Positions 19,549 to 28,206 are shown, counted from the stretch's first letter. The stretch: 64,000 bases of DNA from SAR202 cluster bacterium (GCA_016872285.1 VGZZ01000002.1:66314-130313), one strand, 5' to 3'. Numbers and translations are program-made. The notes: generated by a model from the sequence alone, not told the origin.

Positions 19549-21249
19549 ATGTCCAGAAGCGCATTTCTGCCGGCCGGCGTAGAGGTCAGTTATCATGTAA
19601 AGATTCCTATGAGAGACGGAGTGAAGCTCTCCTCGGATATCTATTTCCCCCGGGGAGAGAGAATACCCAGGCCCGTGGTGCTGCTCCGCACGCCGTACGA
19701 CAATATGACCGAAAACTTGATTGACGAAGGCGTCTTTTACGCTCAGCACGGCTATGTCTATGTGGTGCAGGACGCGCGAGGGCGCAACGATTCGGACGGG
19801 GTTTTCTACCCCTGGGCGAATGAGGCCAACGATGGCTATGACACAATTGAGTGGATAGGGAGGCAGCCGTGGTGCGACGGCAACGTGGGGATGGTGGGCA
19901 GCTCCTACGCCGGCAATGTGCAGTGGCAAGCGGCGGTGATGGGGAGCAAGTATCTCAAAACTATCATACCTAGGGTCATAGGCCACAACCTGTACGAGGC
20001 GCCCCACTACCAGGGCGGCGCTTTTCAGTTGGGATGGAGCGCCACCTGGGTGTACAGAATCGACGGGCGGACCGCGCAAAAGATAGACAAGTTCAACTGG
20101 AACCATATCTTCAGCTCGCTGCCGCTAAAAGATGTGGACAAGGCGGGCGGCAAGAACATCAAGTATTTTCAAGACTGGCTGGACCACCCGGACTATGATG
20201 ACTATTGGAAGTCGCACGCCCTGGAAGAACGCTACGGGGACGTGAAGATACCTGTCTTTAACATCGGCGGTTGGTACGACTTTTTCAGCATCGGCATTTT
20301 CGAGAACTTTTCGAGGATGAGGAAGATGGGCGGGTCGGAGTTGGCGCGTCGAAATCAGAAGATTCTGGTGGGGCCGTGGGTGCATCGAGCGAATACATGG
20401 ACTCATGCGGGCGAGGTCGACTTCGGCTACGACTCGCTGCTGGACTTGCGATACATCGAGCTTGGATGGATGGACCGGTGGCTGAAGGGGGCGAAGAACG
20501 GCTTAGACCAGGAAGCGCCGGTGAAGCTGTTTGTGATGGGGATAAACCAGTGGCGCGACGAGCGGGAATGGCCGCTGGCGAGGGCAAACTACGTTCCCTT
20601 TTATCTGCACAGTCGTGGAAACGCCCGAACCCTTAGAGGAGATGGCGTCCTATCCAAGGAGAAGCCTTCACAAGAGTCGCCAGACGGCTATGAGTACGAC
20701 CCTACGTTGCCGACGCCGACTCGTGGCGGCAGCACCTGCTGCAACCCGGAGGTGCTGCCCTACGGGGCTTATGACCAACGGGTCGTGGAACAGCGGAGTG
20801 ACGTTCTGGTGTACACGTCGGAAGCGCTGCTGGAGGATATGGAGGTGACCGGGCCGGTGTGGGCGACGGTTTACGCCAGCTCGTCGACGGTGGACACAGA
20901 TTTCACGGCGAAGCTGGTGGACGTGCACCCGGATGGGTATGCCCTGAACCTGTGCGACGGCATCCTTCGGGCGCGCTATCGCGAGTCGAGGGAGAGGCAG
21001 AAGCTGATGGAGCCCGGGAAGGTCTACGAGTTCAAAATTAATCTAGGGCCCACCAGCAACGTTTTCTTAAAGGGGCACCGGATAAGGTTTGAGATAGCTA
21101 GCTGTAATTTTCCTCGCTTTGACCGCAACCTCAACACCGGGGCCGACCCCTTTGCGACCGACGCGGAGATAAAGGTGGCGCAGCAGCGAGTCTTCCATGA
21201 AAGCGCCTACCCATCACATGTTCTGCTGCCGGTTATTCCATCGCGCTAA
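19549..21249 (+). CDS. CocE/NonD family hydrolase (X-Pro dipeptidyl-peptidase S15-like)
   Basis: 566 aa. It has the block PVVLLRTPYD, the nucleophile elbow GMVGSSYAG and a C-terminal jelly-roll region. Confidence 0.92.
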   Translation: MSRSAFLPAGVEVSYHVKIPMRDGVKLSSDIYFPRGERIPRPVVLLRTPYDNMTENLIDEGVFYAQHGYVYVVQDARGRNDSDGVFYPWANEANDGYDTIEWIGRQPWCDGNVGMVGSSYAGNVQWQAAVMGSKYLKTIIPRVIGHNLYEAPHYQGGAFQLGWSATWVYRIDGRTAQKIDKFNWNHIFSSLPLKDVDKAGGKNIKYFQDWLDHPDYDDYWKSHALEERYGDVKIPVFNIGGWYDFFSIGIFENFSRMRKMGGSELARRNQKILVGPWVHRANTWTHAGEVDFGYDSLLDLRYIELGWMDRWLKGAKNGLDQEAPVKLFVMGINQWRDEREWPLARANYVPFYLHSRGNARTLRGDGVLSKEKPSQESPDGYEYDPTLPTPTRGGSTCCNPEVLPYGAYDQRVVEQRSDVLVYTSEALLEDMEVTGPVWATVYASSSTVDTDFTAKLVDVHPDGYALNLCDGILRARYRESRERQKLMEPGKVYEFKINLGPTSNVFLKGHRIRFEIASCNFPRFDRNLNTGADPFATDAEIKVAQQRVFHESAYPSHVLLPVIPSR

Positions 21250-21256
21250 GGGCGGC

Positions 21257-21574
21257 CTAGAGGTAGACCACCGAGGTTGCCGCCGGTTGCGTGCCGATAA
21301 GGAAGGCGCGGTGGCCTTTGCCCTGCAGGTCATCTTCGATAATCACATCGCCCGGGCTGAACTCGCGGGTTGTGCCGTCCTCCATTTCGACTCGAAGGCG
21401 GCCTTTGAGGAGGAATTGGACCTGGCGGCGGCCTGCGGGATGCCATTTGGAATTCACGTTTAGGTTTGTCTTTCTGAGGACTAGCTCAGTGGCAGGCAGA
21501 CGCAGCTCTTGTGAGGATACGTCCTCCATGCGGCAGACACCGTCAGCTCCGGTATACATTCGGACAATTTGCAT
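21257..21574 (-). CDS. Cupin-domain protein
   Basis: ORF 21257-21613. The ATG at 21574 is preceded by AGGAGA. The ~105-aa beta-rich sequence (WHPAGRRQVQFLLKGRLRVEMEDG..FSPGDVIIEDD) is cupin-like. Confidence 0.65.
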   Translation of the reverse strand: MQIVRMYTGADGVCRMEDVSSQELRLPATELVLRKTNLNVNSKWHPAGRRQVQFLLKGRLRVEMEDGTTREFSPGDVIIEDDLQGKGHRAFLIGTQPAATSVVYL

Positions 21575-21596
21575 GGCGGTTCTCCTGATGAAATAG

Positions 21597-21634
21597 AAAG
21601 TCCGCTCCTCCACCTGTGCGGGTGAGCGGACTTT
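21597..21634 (-). terminator. Terminator-like hairpin between the amidohydrolase-2 and cupin genes
   Basis: AAAGTCCGCTC (21597-21607) pairs with GAGCGGACTTT (21624-21634). On the minus strand it is followed by TTTCTATTT. Confidence 0.45.
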
Positions 21635-21652
21635 CCGGCTGGGAGTCCTGAT

Positions 21653-22789
21653 TTACTTCTTGCCCTGTGAGTGACCGGCGACGAGCCGTTTACCGTAAAT
21701 CTTTACGGAGTTATCCCAAAGAATCTTTTTCTTGCTCTCTTTGGTCAACGGCTGCTCCATCATGTTCTTGAGAGGCTCGCTGGTGGCGGGGGCGTCAGGG
21801 TGCGGGTAGTCCGTGTTGAAGACGATGTTGTCGTCGCCGAGATAGTCGACGACGTATTTGATGGAAGGCTCGTCCGCATCGGCGGCCACGGCGCACTGGC
21901 GCAGGAAGTACTCCTGGGGCGTGGCCTTGAGCGGATGCTCGTCAAAAAACACCGACTGTCTGCCTTCACAATATTTCTCAAGTCGGTTTAGCCAGAAGGG
22001 CACCCAGCCGGAGTTGGCTTCCAAGACCAGGAGCCTGAGCTTAGGATAGCGGTCCAGGATACCTGAATACATGAAGTGGCCAAGATTTATCATGTTCTCG
22101 AAGGGGAAGCCGATAGCCTGGCCCAGGGCGATGAAAGGGCCAGCGTGGGGATTGTATCGGGTGTTGGTGAGGGGGTCGCCGCTGGAGCTGCTGCTGCCAT
22201 GGACGGATATGGGCACGTCCAGGTCCTGAATGGTCTGCCACACGGCGTTGTAGTCGGGGTGATGCCACATCTTGTCGGGGATGGCCTTGGGGAGGAAGAT
22301 GGACACAGCACCGAGCTCTGTGATGGCGCGGCGGGCCTCGGACTGAAGCTCGTTGACATCATGGCCTGGCACGGGCGCAGTGAACTTCACGCGATTGTTG
22401 GACTCGCTGCAGAAGTCATGGGCCCAGTTGTTATAGGCTTTCACCATGGCGCCCTGGACATCAGCGGGGATGAAGGCGGGAAGGGAAACGGCCTTGGTGG
22501 GCAGACATACCTGAATATCCCAGCCCTCGTTGTCCATATCCTTGAGGCGGCTCTTGAGGCTCCAGTTGTCTCTAAAAGCATGGCCGAACTTGGCATCCAT
22601 TTGACCCCAGAGGGTCTTGGCGCGGGAGACGCCGGCAGGCTCGCCCTCAAACTTGACCATAGAGTTCCCCTGCATTTCAGCAACCTTGGGCACCCGATTA
22701 CGAAAGGCGGGTTCCGTGTACTTCTCCCACAGGTCTGCGGTCTCGTAGAAATGCCCGTCCGCATCAATAACCTTAAAGCCGTTACGCAT
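21653..22789 (-). CDS. Amidohydrolase-2 family protein (divergent DxH-type paralog, P6)
   Basis: 378 aa. N-terminus is VIDADGHFYE. It has PISVHGSS, LEANSGWVPFWL and FNTDYPHPDA blocks. An AGGAGG SD lies upstream. Confidence 0.9.
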   Translation of the reverse strand: MRNGFKVIDADGHFYETADLWEKYTEPAFRNRVPKVAEMQGNSMVKFEGEPAGVSRAKTLWGQMDAKFGHAFRDNWSLKSRLKDMDNEGWDIQVCLPTKAVSLPAFIPADVQGAMVKAYNNWAHDFCSESNNRVKFTAPVPGHDVNELQSEARRAITELGAVSIFLPKAIPDKMWHHPDYNAVWQTIQDLDVPISVHGSSSSSGDPLTNTRYNPHAGPFIALGQAIGFPFENMINLGHFMYSGILDRYPKLRLLVLEANSGWVPFWLNRLEKYCEGRQSVFFDEHPLKATPQEYFLRQCAVAADADEPSIKYVVDYLGDDNIVFNTDYPHPDAPATSEPLKNMMEQPLTKESKKKILWDNSVKIYGKRLVAGHSQGKK

Positions 22790-22875
22790 TTAACGTCCTC
22801 CTATTTTGTCAAGGCCAACCGAGCTTTGGCCCCATTCTAGGACTGCGATATATTTGTGTCAACGGAGGGTGGGCG

Positions 22876-22904
22876 TTCTCAAATCAGAAACAACATGCTA
22901 ATAT
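22876..22904 (+). promoter_or_regulatory. Candidate promoter for the alpha/beta-hydrolase gene
   Basis: TTCTCA (22876-22881), a 17-nt spacer, then TAATAT (22899-22904) with TGC immediately upstream. Confidence 0.35.
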
Positions 22905-22937
22905 GCGTCGCGTTTTGACAAATTCGGAGGCCGCGAT

Positions 22938-23762
22938 ATGCCTAAGAACCCATTGAAGCTAGACGATGGCGAACAGCTTGCTTATTTTGAATCTGGCGGG
23001 AGCTGGTGTTACATGCGCACACCTGCAGCTTATAAAGCGACTCGGGGTAAAGCTGTCCCGCTAATTATTCGATGCCGCGGTTATGGGGGATTTGTGCGGA
23101 TGGGGTATACCGAGTGGATGGATAGGCCGGGCAGCAAGATGATCATCGATGCCCTTGTGGAAAAAGGGTTTGCTGTGGCTGGCTCCGACCTGTCCGGCGA
23201 TCACTGGGGGAGGCCGGCGGGTGTGGCGGCCAACGTGTCGCTGTACAACTTCCTTATGGACAATACTAACGTCGATGCGGCAAGGGTAGGTATGTTTACG
23301 GGTGCGGGTATGGGCGGAACGGCTTTGTGGAATTCGGTCATCGGGCCGTTGCACGGCAAAGTGAAAGGCGTGGTGATGCTTCAGGCGGTGGTGTCGCTGG
23401 CGGGGATGTTTCCGGCATGGCGTCGAAACGTAATGGAGGCTTACGGTCTGGCGCTGAACACGGACGACGCCGTCGCCATCGCCAGCCTAGCGCAGAACGA
23501 CCCGCTATTGCAGACTCAGAACCTGCTTTCGGTCAAGGGCGCCGCCTTCACGAAAGGATTGCCGGAGGTGTACTGGCTGCACGGTGAGAAGGACAAGCCG
23601 GTAAATTATGAGGCCAACGCGGCAGCGCTGACGCGGCTGTTAAAGAAGCATGGGGTAGCATGCACGCTCAAGGGCTACAAAGATAAGGGGCACGACCTTC
23701 ACCTGATGCCTGAGGAGATGACGAAGCTGATTACAGCGTTCTTCGTTAAGATACTGGATTAG
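22938..23762 (+). CDS. Alpha/beta-hydrolase fold protein (dienelactone hydrolase/prolyl oligopeptidase-like), nucleophile position apparently Gly
   Basis: 274 aa. It has an elbow-like FTGAGMGGTAL, an Asp context HGEKDKPV and a His context KGHDLH. Confidence 0.85.
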   Translation: MPKNPLKLDDGEQLAYFESGGSWCYMRTPAAYKATRGKAVPLIIRCRGYGGFVRMGYTEWMDRPGSKMIIDALVEKGFAVAGSDLSGDHWGRPAGVAANVSLYNFLMDNTNVDAARVGMFTGAGMGGTALWNSVIGPLHGKVKGVVMLQAVVSLAGMFPAWRRNVMEAYGLALNTDDAVAIASLAQNDPLLQTQNLLSVKGAAFTKGLPEVYWLHGEKDKPVNYEANAAALTRLLKKHGVACTLKGYKDKGHDLHLMPEEMTKLITAFFVKILD

Positions 23763-23775
23763 CCAACGCCTCGCT

Positions 23776-23821
23776 AAAGAAAAGAGGGAGACGTGACATA
23801 GCGCGTCTCCCTCTTTTCTTT
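23776..23821. terminator. Bidirectional terminator hairpin between convergent genes
   Basis: AAAGAAAAGAGGGAGACG pairs with CGTCTCCCTCTTTTCTTT as a perfect 18-bp stem. It has an A-tract on one side and a T-tract on the other. Confidence 0.85.
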
Positions 23822-23833
23822 GACCTAGCGGTT

Positions 23834-24961
23834 CTAGTTGGTCCGCATGTTGTAGAGGCGAATGCAGTTGTCTCGAGTTATCTTGCGCTTCACGCGGTCG
23901 GGGATGCCGGCGAAGTTATCGTCAACAATCTTCCTGGAGTTGGGGAAGGTGGACTGGGCGTGGGGATAGTCGCTGGCCCAGGCGTAGTTGTCTTCGCCGA
24001 AGTAGTCGTAGAGGCGGACACCGACGGGATCGTCCATGTAGGTGACGAAGAATTGACGCTTGGCATACTCGGTGGGGTACATTTTCAGGGTGGTGGGGTT
24101 GGAGTACTTGGCCTTGTCGTGGAAGTGGTCGGCGCGATAGAGGAAGTGAGGCACCCAGCCAATGTCATTTTCTGCGGAAACAATCTTCAGGTTGGGATGC
24201 CGCTCGAAGGCGCCGGAGAACATGATCTCGGTGAGGGAACGCTGGACTTCGTGGATAATGCTGATGGCGCGGAGGTAGTGGTTCTGCTTGAACTTGCCGA
24301 CGTTGCGGCTCTCCTCGCCGTGGCCGGTGAGGATGTGGAGGCTGATGGGCATGTCCAGTTCGGCGGCGGCGGCCCACAGGGGTTCGTACTTGGGGTCGGC
24401 GTAGCTGACGCCGTCGGGCGGGGAAGCCATGATGAGGGCGCCGCGAAGGCCCAGGTCGGCGCAGCGTCGCAGCTCTGTGACGCCAGCCTCGACATCCAGC
24501 AGGGAGATAAGGCCCAGGCCAATGAACCGCTTTTTGTCGAAGCTGCAGTACTCGGCAATCCAGGTGTTGAAGGCGCGGAAGAGGGCCTGCTGGTAGGGGG
24601 CGTCGGTGAGGCGGAAGAGTCGGAAGCCCAGGGTGGTGTAGATAATCTCGGCCTCGACGCCATCAACCTCAATCTCCTTCTGGCGCTCGGAGGGTATGTA
24701 TGCGCCCAGGGGGCACTGGTCTTTGACCGAGGCCTCTTCCAGCATCTTCTTTAGCTCTTCCGGCGACGCGCCGGCGGAAAAGCCGCCGCCGACTTTCTCC
24801 GGCTCCTGGCCGGGGACGACGAAGAAATCGCCCTTCTTGTCGCCAGGGTTGGTGACAATTCGTGGGGCTCGGTCTCGGAAGGAGGGGTCGATATAATCAA
24901 CCCACATATTGCGAGGCTCGAAGACGTGGGAATCCGCCGAAATCAACTTGAAGTTGGGCAT
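23834..24961 (-). CDS. Amidohydrolase-2 family protein (DSH-type paralog, P7)
   Basis: ORF 23834-25021. The ATG at 24961 (MPNFKLISADSHVFEP) is preceded by AGGAGG. It has PISLHILTGH and WASDYPHAQSTFP blocks. Confidence 0.9.
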   Translation of the reverse strand: MPNFKLISADSHVFEPRNMWVDYIDPSFRDRAPRIVTNPGDKKGDFFVVPGQEPEKVGGGFSAGASPEELKKMLEEASVKDQCPLGAYIPSERQKEIEVDGVEAEIIYTTLGFRLFRLTDAPYQQALFRAFNTWIAEYCSFDKKRFIGLGLISLLDVEAGVTELRRCADLGLRGALIMASPPDGVSYADPKYEPLWAAAAELDMPISLHILTGHGEESRNVGKFKQNHYLRAISIIHEVQRSLTEIMFSGAFERHPNLKIVSAENDIGWVPHFLYRADHFHDKAKYSNPTTLKMYPTEYAKRQFFVTYMDDPVGVRLYDYFGEDNYAWASDYPHAQSTFPNSRKIVDDNFAGIPDRVKRKITRDNCIRLYNMRTN

Positions 24962-25026
24962 AACGCCTCCTAAGTCCAGCTCTTCTGGCCCAATATTAGA
25001 TTGAGGTGCGGGGGATGTCAACGAAC

Positions 25027-25344
25027 CTAGTCTTTGCTTGCCGCCAGGGTCTCCAAATCCTCCTTTAGGTTTTTCAAATCATACTGCACGGCTATTTTGT
25101 CTCGTCTGACGTATTCCATCATCTCCCAAATAGAAACGCCGGATTCCTGGGCGGCACGTGCCATGGATATTTTGCCTTTGCCATAGAGAGAGGCATAATG
25201 GCTAAGTTTCCAGTCGCCGACAGCCCGCGCAAGAAGTTTTCTTACTGTGGTGGAACGATCTGTCTGCTCCACACTTTCTATAGTTTCTAAGTCACGTAAC
25301 AATTCCTCAGGAAGCCTTGAGGCTACCATGCGCTCTTTTCTCAT
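25027..25344 (-). CDS. UPF0175-family antitoxin-like protein
   Basis: 105 aa. The sequence (LYGKGKISMARAAQESGVSIWEMMEYV) matches the UPF0175 HTH-like pattern. An AAGGAG SD lies inside the upstream gene's 3' end. Confidence 0.8.
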   Translation of the reverse strand: MRKERMVASRLPEELLRDLETIESVEQTDRSTTVRKLLARAVGDWKLSHYASLYGKGKISMARAAQESGVSIWEMMEYVRRDKIAVQYDLKNLKEDLETLAASKD

Positions 25345-25349
25345 TTACT

Positions 25350-25860
25350 TCACTCCTTGGCTCGGCGGAGTACCTCAGTTATAACACTTGGAGATATCCA
25401 CAAAATTCCGCTTAAATCCAGAATACTGACTTCCAGTTCTCCTAGAGTCATCTTGTTGCTGAACCGCCCTTGGAGCAAAATCCCCGCAGTTCCAATTACT
25501 TTGGCCCCATACGCTTTCGCGGTGGCTCTGGCTTCTAAGTCGTCTGCTGCAAGCCATATCCTTCGACTCACCGCCACGCCAATAGATTCTGCCTCACCCA
25601 TGTGAAGCCTGGTGTTCCTGGCAAATTTTTCTGCCAGTTGCATCTCGCGCTTTGTAAGCTCAGTTTCATGTAGCCAACCGGCTGATAAAGCTGCCTCTAG
25701 TACTGAGATTTCTTTTGCTCTAATTTTCTTCCCCTGGTCTATGACCTCGAATTTAACCGCGGGACTGATAAGGGTCTCTCCGTAGAGTTTTTGGAGGATC
25801 TCCAGCCGCCTAATCTTTGATAGTGCTATAAGTACCGTAGCATCAACAACTATCAGAATA
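25350..25860 (-). CDS. DUF3368 (PIN-like) toxin-like protein; no canonical start for the full-length domain
   Basis: The ATG ORF 25350-25643 is only the C-terminal 97 aa. The frame stays open up to a TAG just upstream of 25866. The N-terminus ILIVVDATVLIALSKIRRLEILQKLYG is PIN/DUF3368-like. AGGAG (25865-25869) precedes ATT (25860) and CTG (25857). Confidence 0.65.
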
Positions 25861-25908
25861 GACTCCTACATCTGCTCAGTATATGTTAACAAATGTTACT
25901 GGTGTTTT

Positions 25909-26904
25909 CTACACTACCAGCAATTCCTCCAGGTTCTTCCAGAGGATTCGTTCTTTCTCCGCCTTCGTAAGGCTCTTCATGTCCATCACCCACTGGACGG
26001 GGGACTCCAGGCCCATGTCAGCAGGCCAGTCGCTGCCGAGGACTACATGGTCGGCGCCGACGGTGTCGATGAGGAGGCGGAGGCCGGCCTCGCTGTGGGT
26101 GAGGCAGTCGTAGTACATGCGTCGGAGGTAGGAACTGGGCTTGTCCAAGATGTTAACCCTGGCTTCCGGACGGGCGGCCCAGGCGCGGTCCATTCGTCCG
26201 ATGCCGAAGCAGGCGGGGCCGCCGCCGTGGGCGATGCAGACTCGCAGGTTGGGGCACTTTCCCAGCACGCCGCCGAAGATTAAGGCGGCGACGGCCAGGA
26301 TGTCCTCGGCGGTGTTGCCGATGGTGTTGCCGAGGTAGTATTTGCGGGTGCGCTCTTGCAGAAGGAGCGAGTTAGCGGGGTGGAAGAAGAGCAGTGCGCC
26401 CAGTGACTCGGCGGCTTTGAAGAGGGGAAGGTATTTGGGGTCGTCCCAGGTGCTGCCGTTGACGTTGGTCTCGACCTCAGCGCCCTTCAGCCCGATTTTC
26501 ATGCAGCGTTCCAGTTCTTTTATCGACAGCTTTACGTCCTGAAGGGGCAGCGTGCCGACGCCGGCGAGACGCTTGGGGTTGTCCTTAGCCATGCCGGCGA
26601 TCTCGTCATTTACCTCTTTGCACATCGATAGGCAGTCGGCAGCTTTGATGTGGTAGTTGTAAAGGGCAGGGGCTATAGACACCATCTGCACATCGACGTC
26701 TAGTTTGTCCATGTCCTTGATGCGCTGCTGGGGGGTGAACCTAGCTTTGGGGCCTTGAGGGCCGGTGCGCTGTAACTCGTTGACGAGGTAGTGGTTCCCT
26801 TCTTTGTCCTTTTCCAGCCGCATACCGTACCATTCTTTGCCCTGGTCGATGACTTTAAACATGGCTTTGGGGCTCATGTGGGCGTGGATGTCGATGGCTC
26901 GCAT
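25909..26904 (-). CDS. Amidohydrolase-2 family protein, ACMSD-like (HxH-type paralog, P8)
   Basis: 331 aa. N-terminus is MRAIDIHAHM. It has FFHP, CIAHGGG and VLGSDWP blocks. Confidence 0.92.
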   Translation of the reverse strand: MRAIDIHAHMSPKAMFKVIDQGKEWYGMRLEKDKEGNHYLVNELQRTGPQGPKARFTPQQRIKDMDKLDVDVQMVSIAPALYNYHIKAADCLSMCKEVNDEIAGMAKDNPKRLAGVGTLPLQDVKLSIKELERCMKIGLKGAEVETNVNGSTWDDPKYLPLFKAAESLGALLFFHPANSLLLQERTRKYYLGNTIGNTAEDILAVAALIFGGVLGKCPNLRVCIAHGGGPACFGIGRMDRAWAARPEARVNILDKPSSYLRRMYYDCLTHSEAGLRLLIDTVGADHVVLGSDWPADMGLESPVQWVMDMKSLTKAEKERILWKNLEELLVV

Positions 26905-26963
26905 TATGGCACCTCTTCCTTATCTAATCCTGGGGCACAAGAAAAACCGGCCCTGTTCTCAAC

Positions 26964-27102
26964 CGGGATACCATCCCCTGACCCCTTCCTGCTGGAAGGG
27001 GAAGAGAAATTAAGATCACCTCATCACCCTCCTTCGGCCAGGCTCAGGACGGCGTCTAACTCCCTCTTCTCCTTTGCAGTAGGAGAAGAGGGAGAACCAG
27101 AC
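26964..27102 (+). repeat. Family-A repeat, copy A2
   Basis: gggataccatcccctgaCCCCTTCCtgctGGAAGGGGaagagaaattaagatcacctcatcaccctccttcggccaggctcaggacggcgtctaaCTCCCTCTTCTCCtttgcagtaGGAGAAGAGGGAGaaccagac. Confidence 0.9.
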
Positions 27103-27210
27103 CTCAGTGGCCCCCATCCACGATTGCGGAAGGGCGAGTGTCTAGAGGCGTACTGATGAGTTTCCATTGGAGGAATGGGGAACATATTGATATGCATATT
27201 CACTAAAGGG

Positions 27211-28206
27211 TTAGATACTCAGAAGTTTCTCCAGGTTTTTGTACAAAATCTTTTCCTTCTCTTCCCGAGTCAGGCTGTCCATGCTAAGAATCCAAGTGGT
27301 GGGCCAGTCGATGCCCATGTCGGCGGGGTAGTCGCTGCCGAGGACGACGCGGTCGGCACCGACGGTATCGATGAGGAGGCGGAGGGACGCCTCACTGTGG
27401 GTGAGGCAGTCGTAGTAGAACTTGCGGAGGTAGGAGCTGGGGGTTTTCTTGGTGGTGCCTCGCGTCTCCTGGCGCACTCGCCAGCCCGCGTCCATACGCC
27501 CGACACCGTAGCAGACATAGCCACCGCCGTGGGCCAGGCAGACCTTGAGTTTGGGGTGCTGGTCCATGACGCCGCCGAAGACCAGGCAGGCGTAGGTGAT
27601 GGAGCGCTCCACCAGGTTGCCGATGCTGTTGGGCAGATGGTACTTCCGAGTGCGCCCGTCCACGACAGTGGGGCCGCCCTGATGGATAAAGATAAGCGCG
27701 CCCATCTCTTCAGCGGCTTTCCAGAAGGGTCGGAAGTGGGGCTCCTCTAAAGTCTTGCCGCGGATGTGGTCAGAAATCATAGCGCCCTTCAAGCCTAGCT
27801 TTGTCACGGAACGCTCAAGCTCGGTGATAGCTAGCTTGACGTCCTGCATTGGGATGATGGCCAGGCCGGCGTAGCGCTGGGGGTAGGCTTTGCAGGCTTT
27901 GGCGACCTCATCGTTGCAGGCTTTGTGCAGGCCGACTATCTCCTTGGCATCGGGTTCCGGGTAGTACCAGGCTGGGATGGTGGAGAGGACTTGCACATCC
28001 ACACCCTTGGAGGACATATCAGAGATGCGCTCCTCAAGGGTGTGGCGGTCCATGGGCCAGAGGCGGTTGCGGTAGGGGCCGCGGACGGGCCATTCGACGT
28101 TGTCCTTGTCGCGCTCCAGGCCGATGCCGTGCCACTTCTTGCCCTGGTCGACGGTGTTCCAGTAGGCGGGAGGCACGAAATGGGCATGGATGTCTATGCT
28201 GCGCAT
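27211..28206 (-). CDS. Amidohydrolase-2 family protein, ACMSD-like (HxH-type paralog, P9)
   Basis: 331 aa. N-terminus is MRSIDIHAHF. It has FIHQ, CLAHGGG and VLGSDYP blocks and is collinear with P8. Confidence 0.92.
   Translation of the reverse strand: MRSIDIHAHFVPPAYWNTVDQGKKWHGIGLERDKDNVEWPVRGPYRNRLWPMDRHTLEERISDMSSKGVDVQVLSTIPAWYYPEPDAKEIVGLHKACNDEVAKACKAYPQRYAGLAIIPMQDVKLAITELERSVTKLGLKGAMISDHIRGKTLEEPHFRPFWKAAEEMGALIFIHQGGPTVVDGRTRKYHLPNSIGNLVERSITYACLVFGGVMDQHPKLKVCLAHGGGYVCYGVGRMDAGWRVRQETRGTTKKTPSSYLRKFYYDCLTHSEASLRLLIDTVGADRVVLGSDYPADMGIDWPTTWILSMDSLTREEKEKILYKNLEKLLSI

Noticed and set aside
26990-27040. Mini-ORF on the minus strand of family-A repeats (AAGGAGG-GTG-ATG-AGG-TGA in copies A2, A5 and A7).
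   Set aside because: The ATG and stop are not conserved in copies A1, A3, A4 and A6 (GGTTGTGGT.. instead). The resemblance to an SD plus start-stop is probably incidental.
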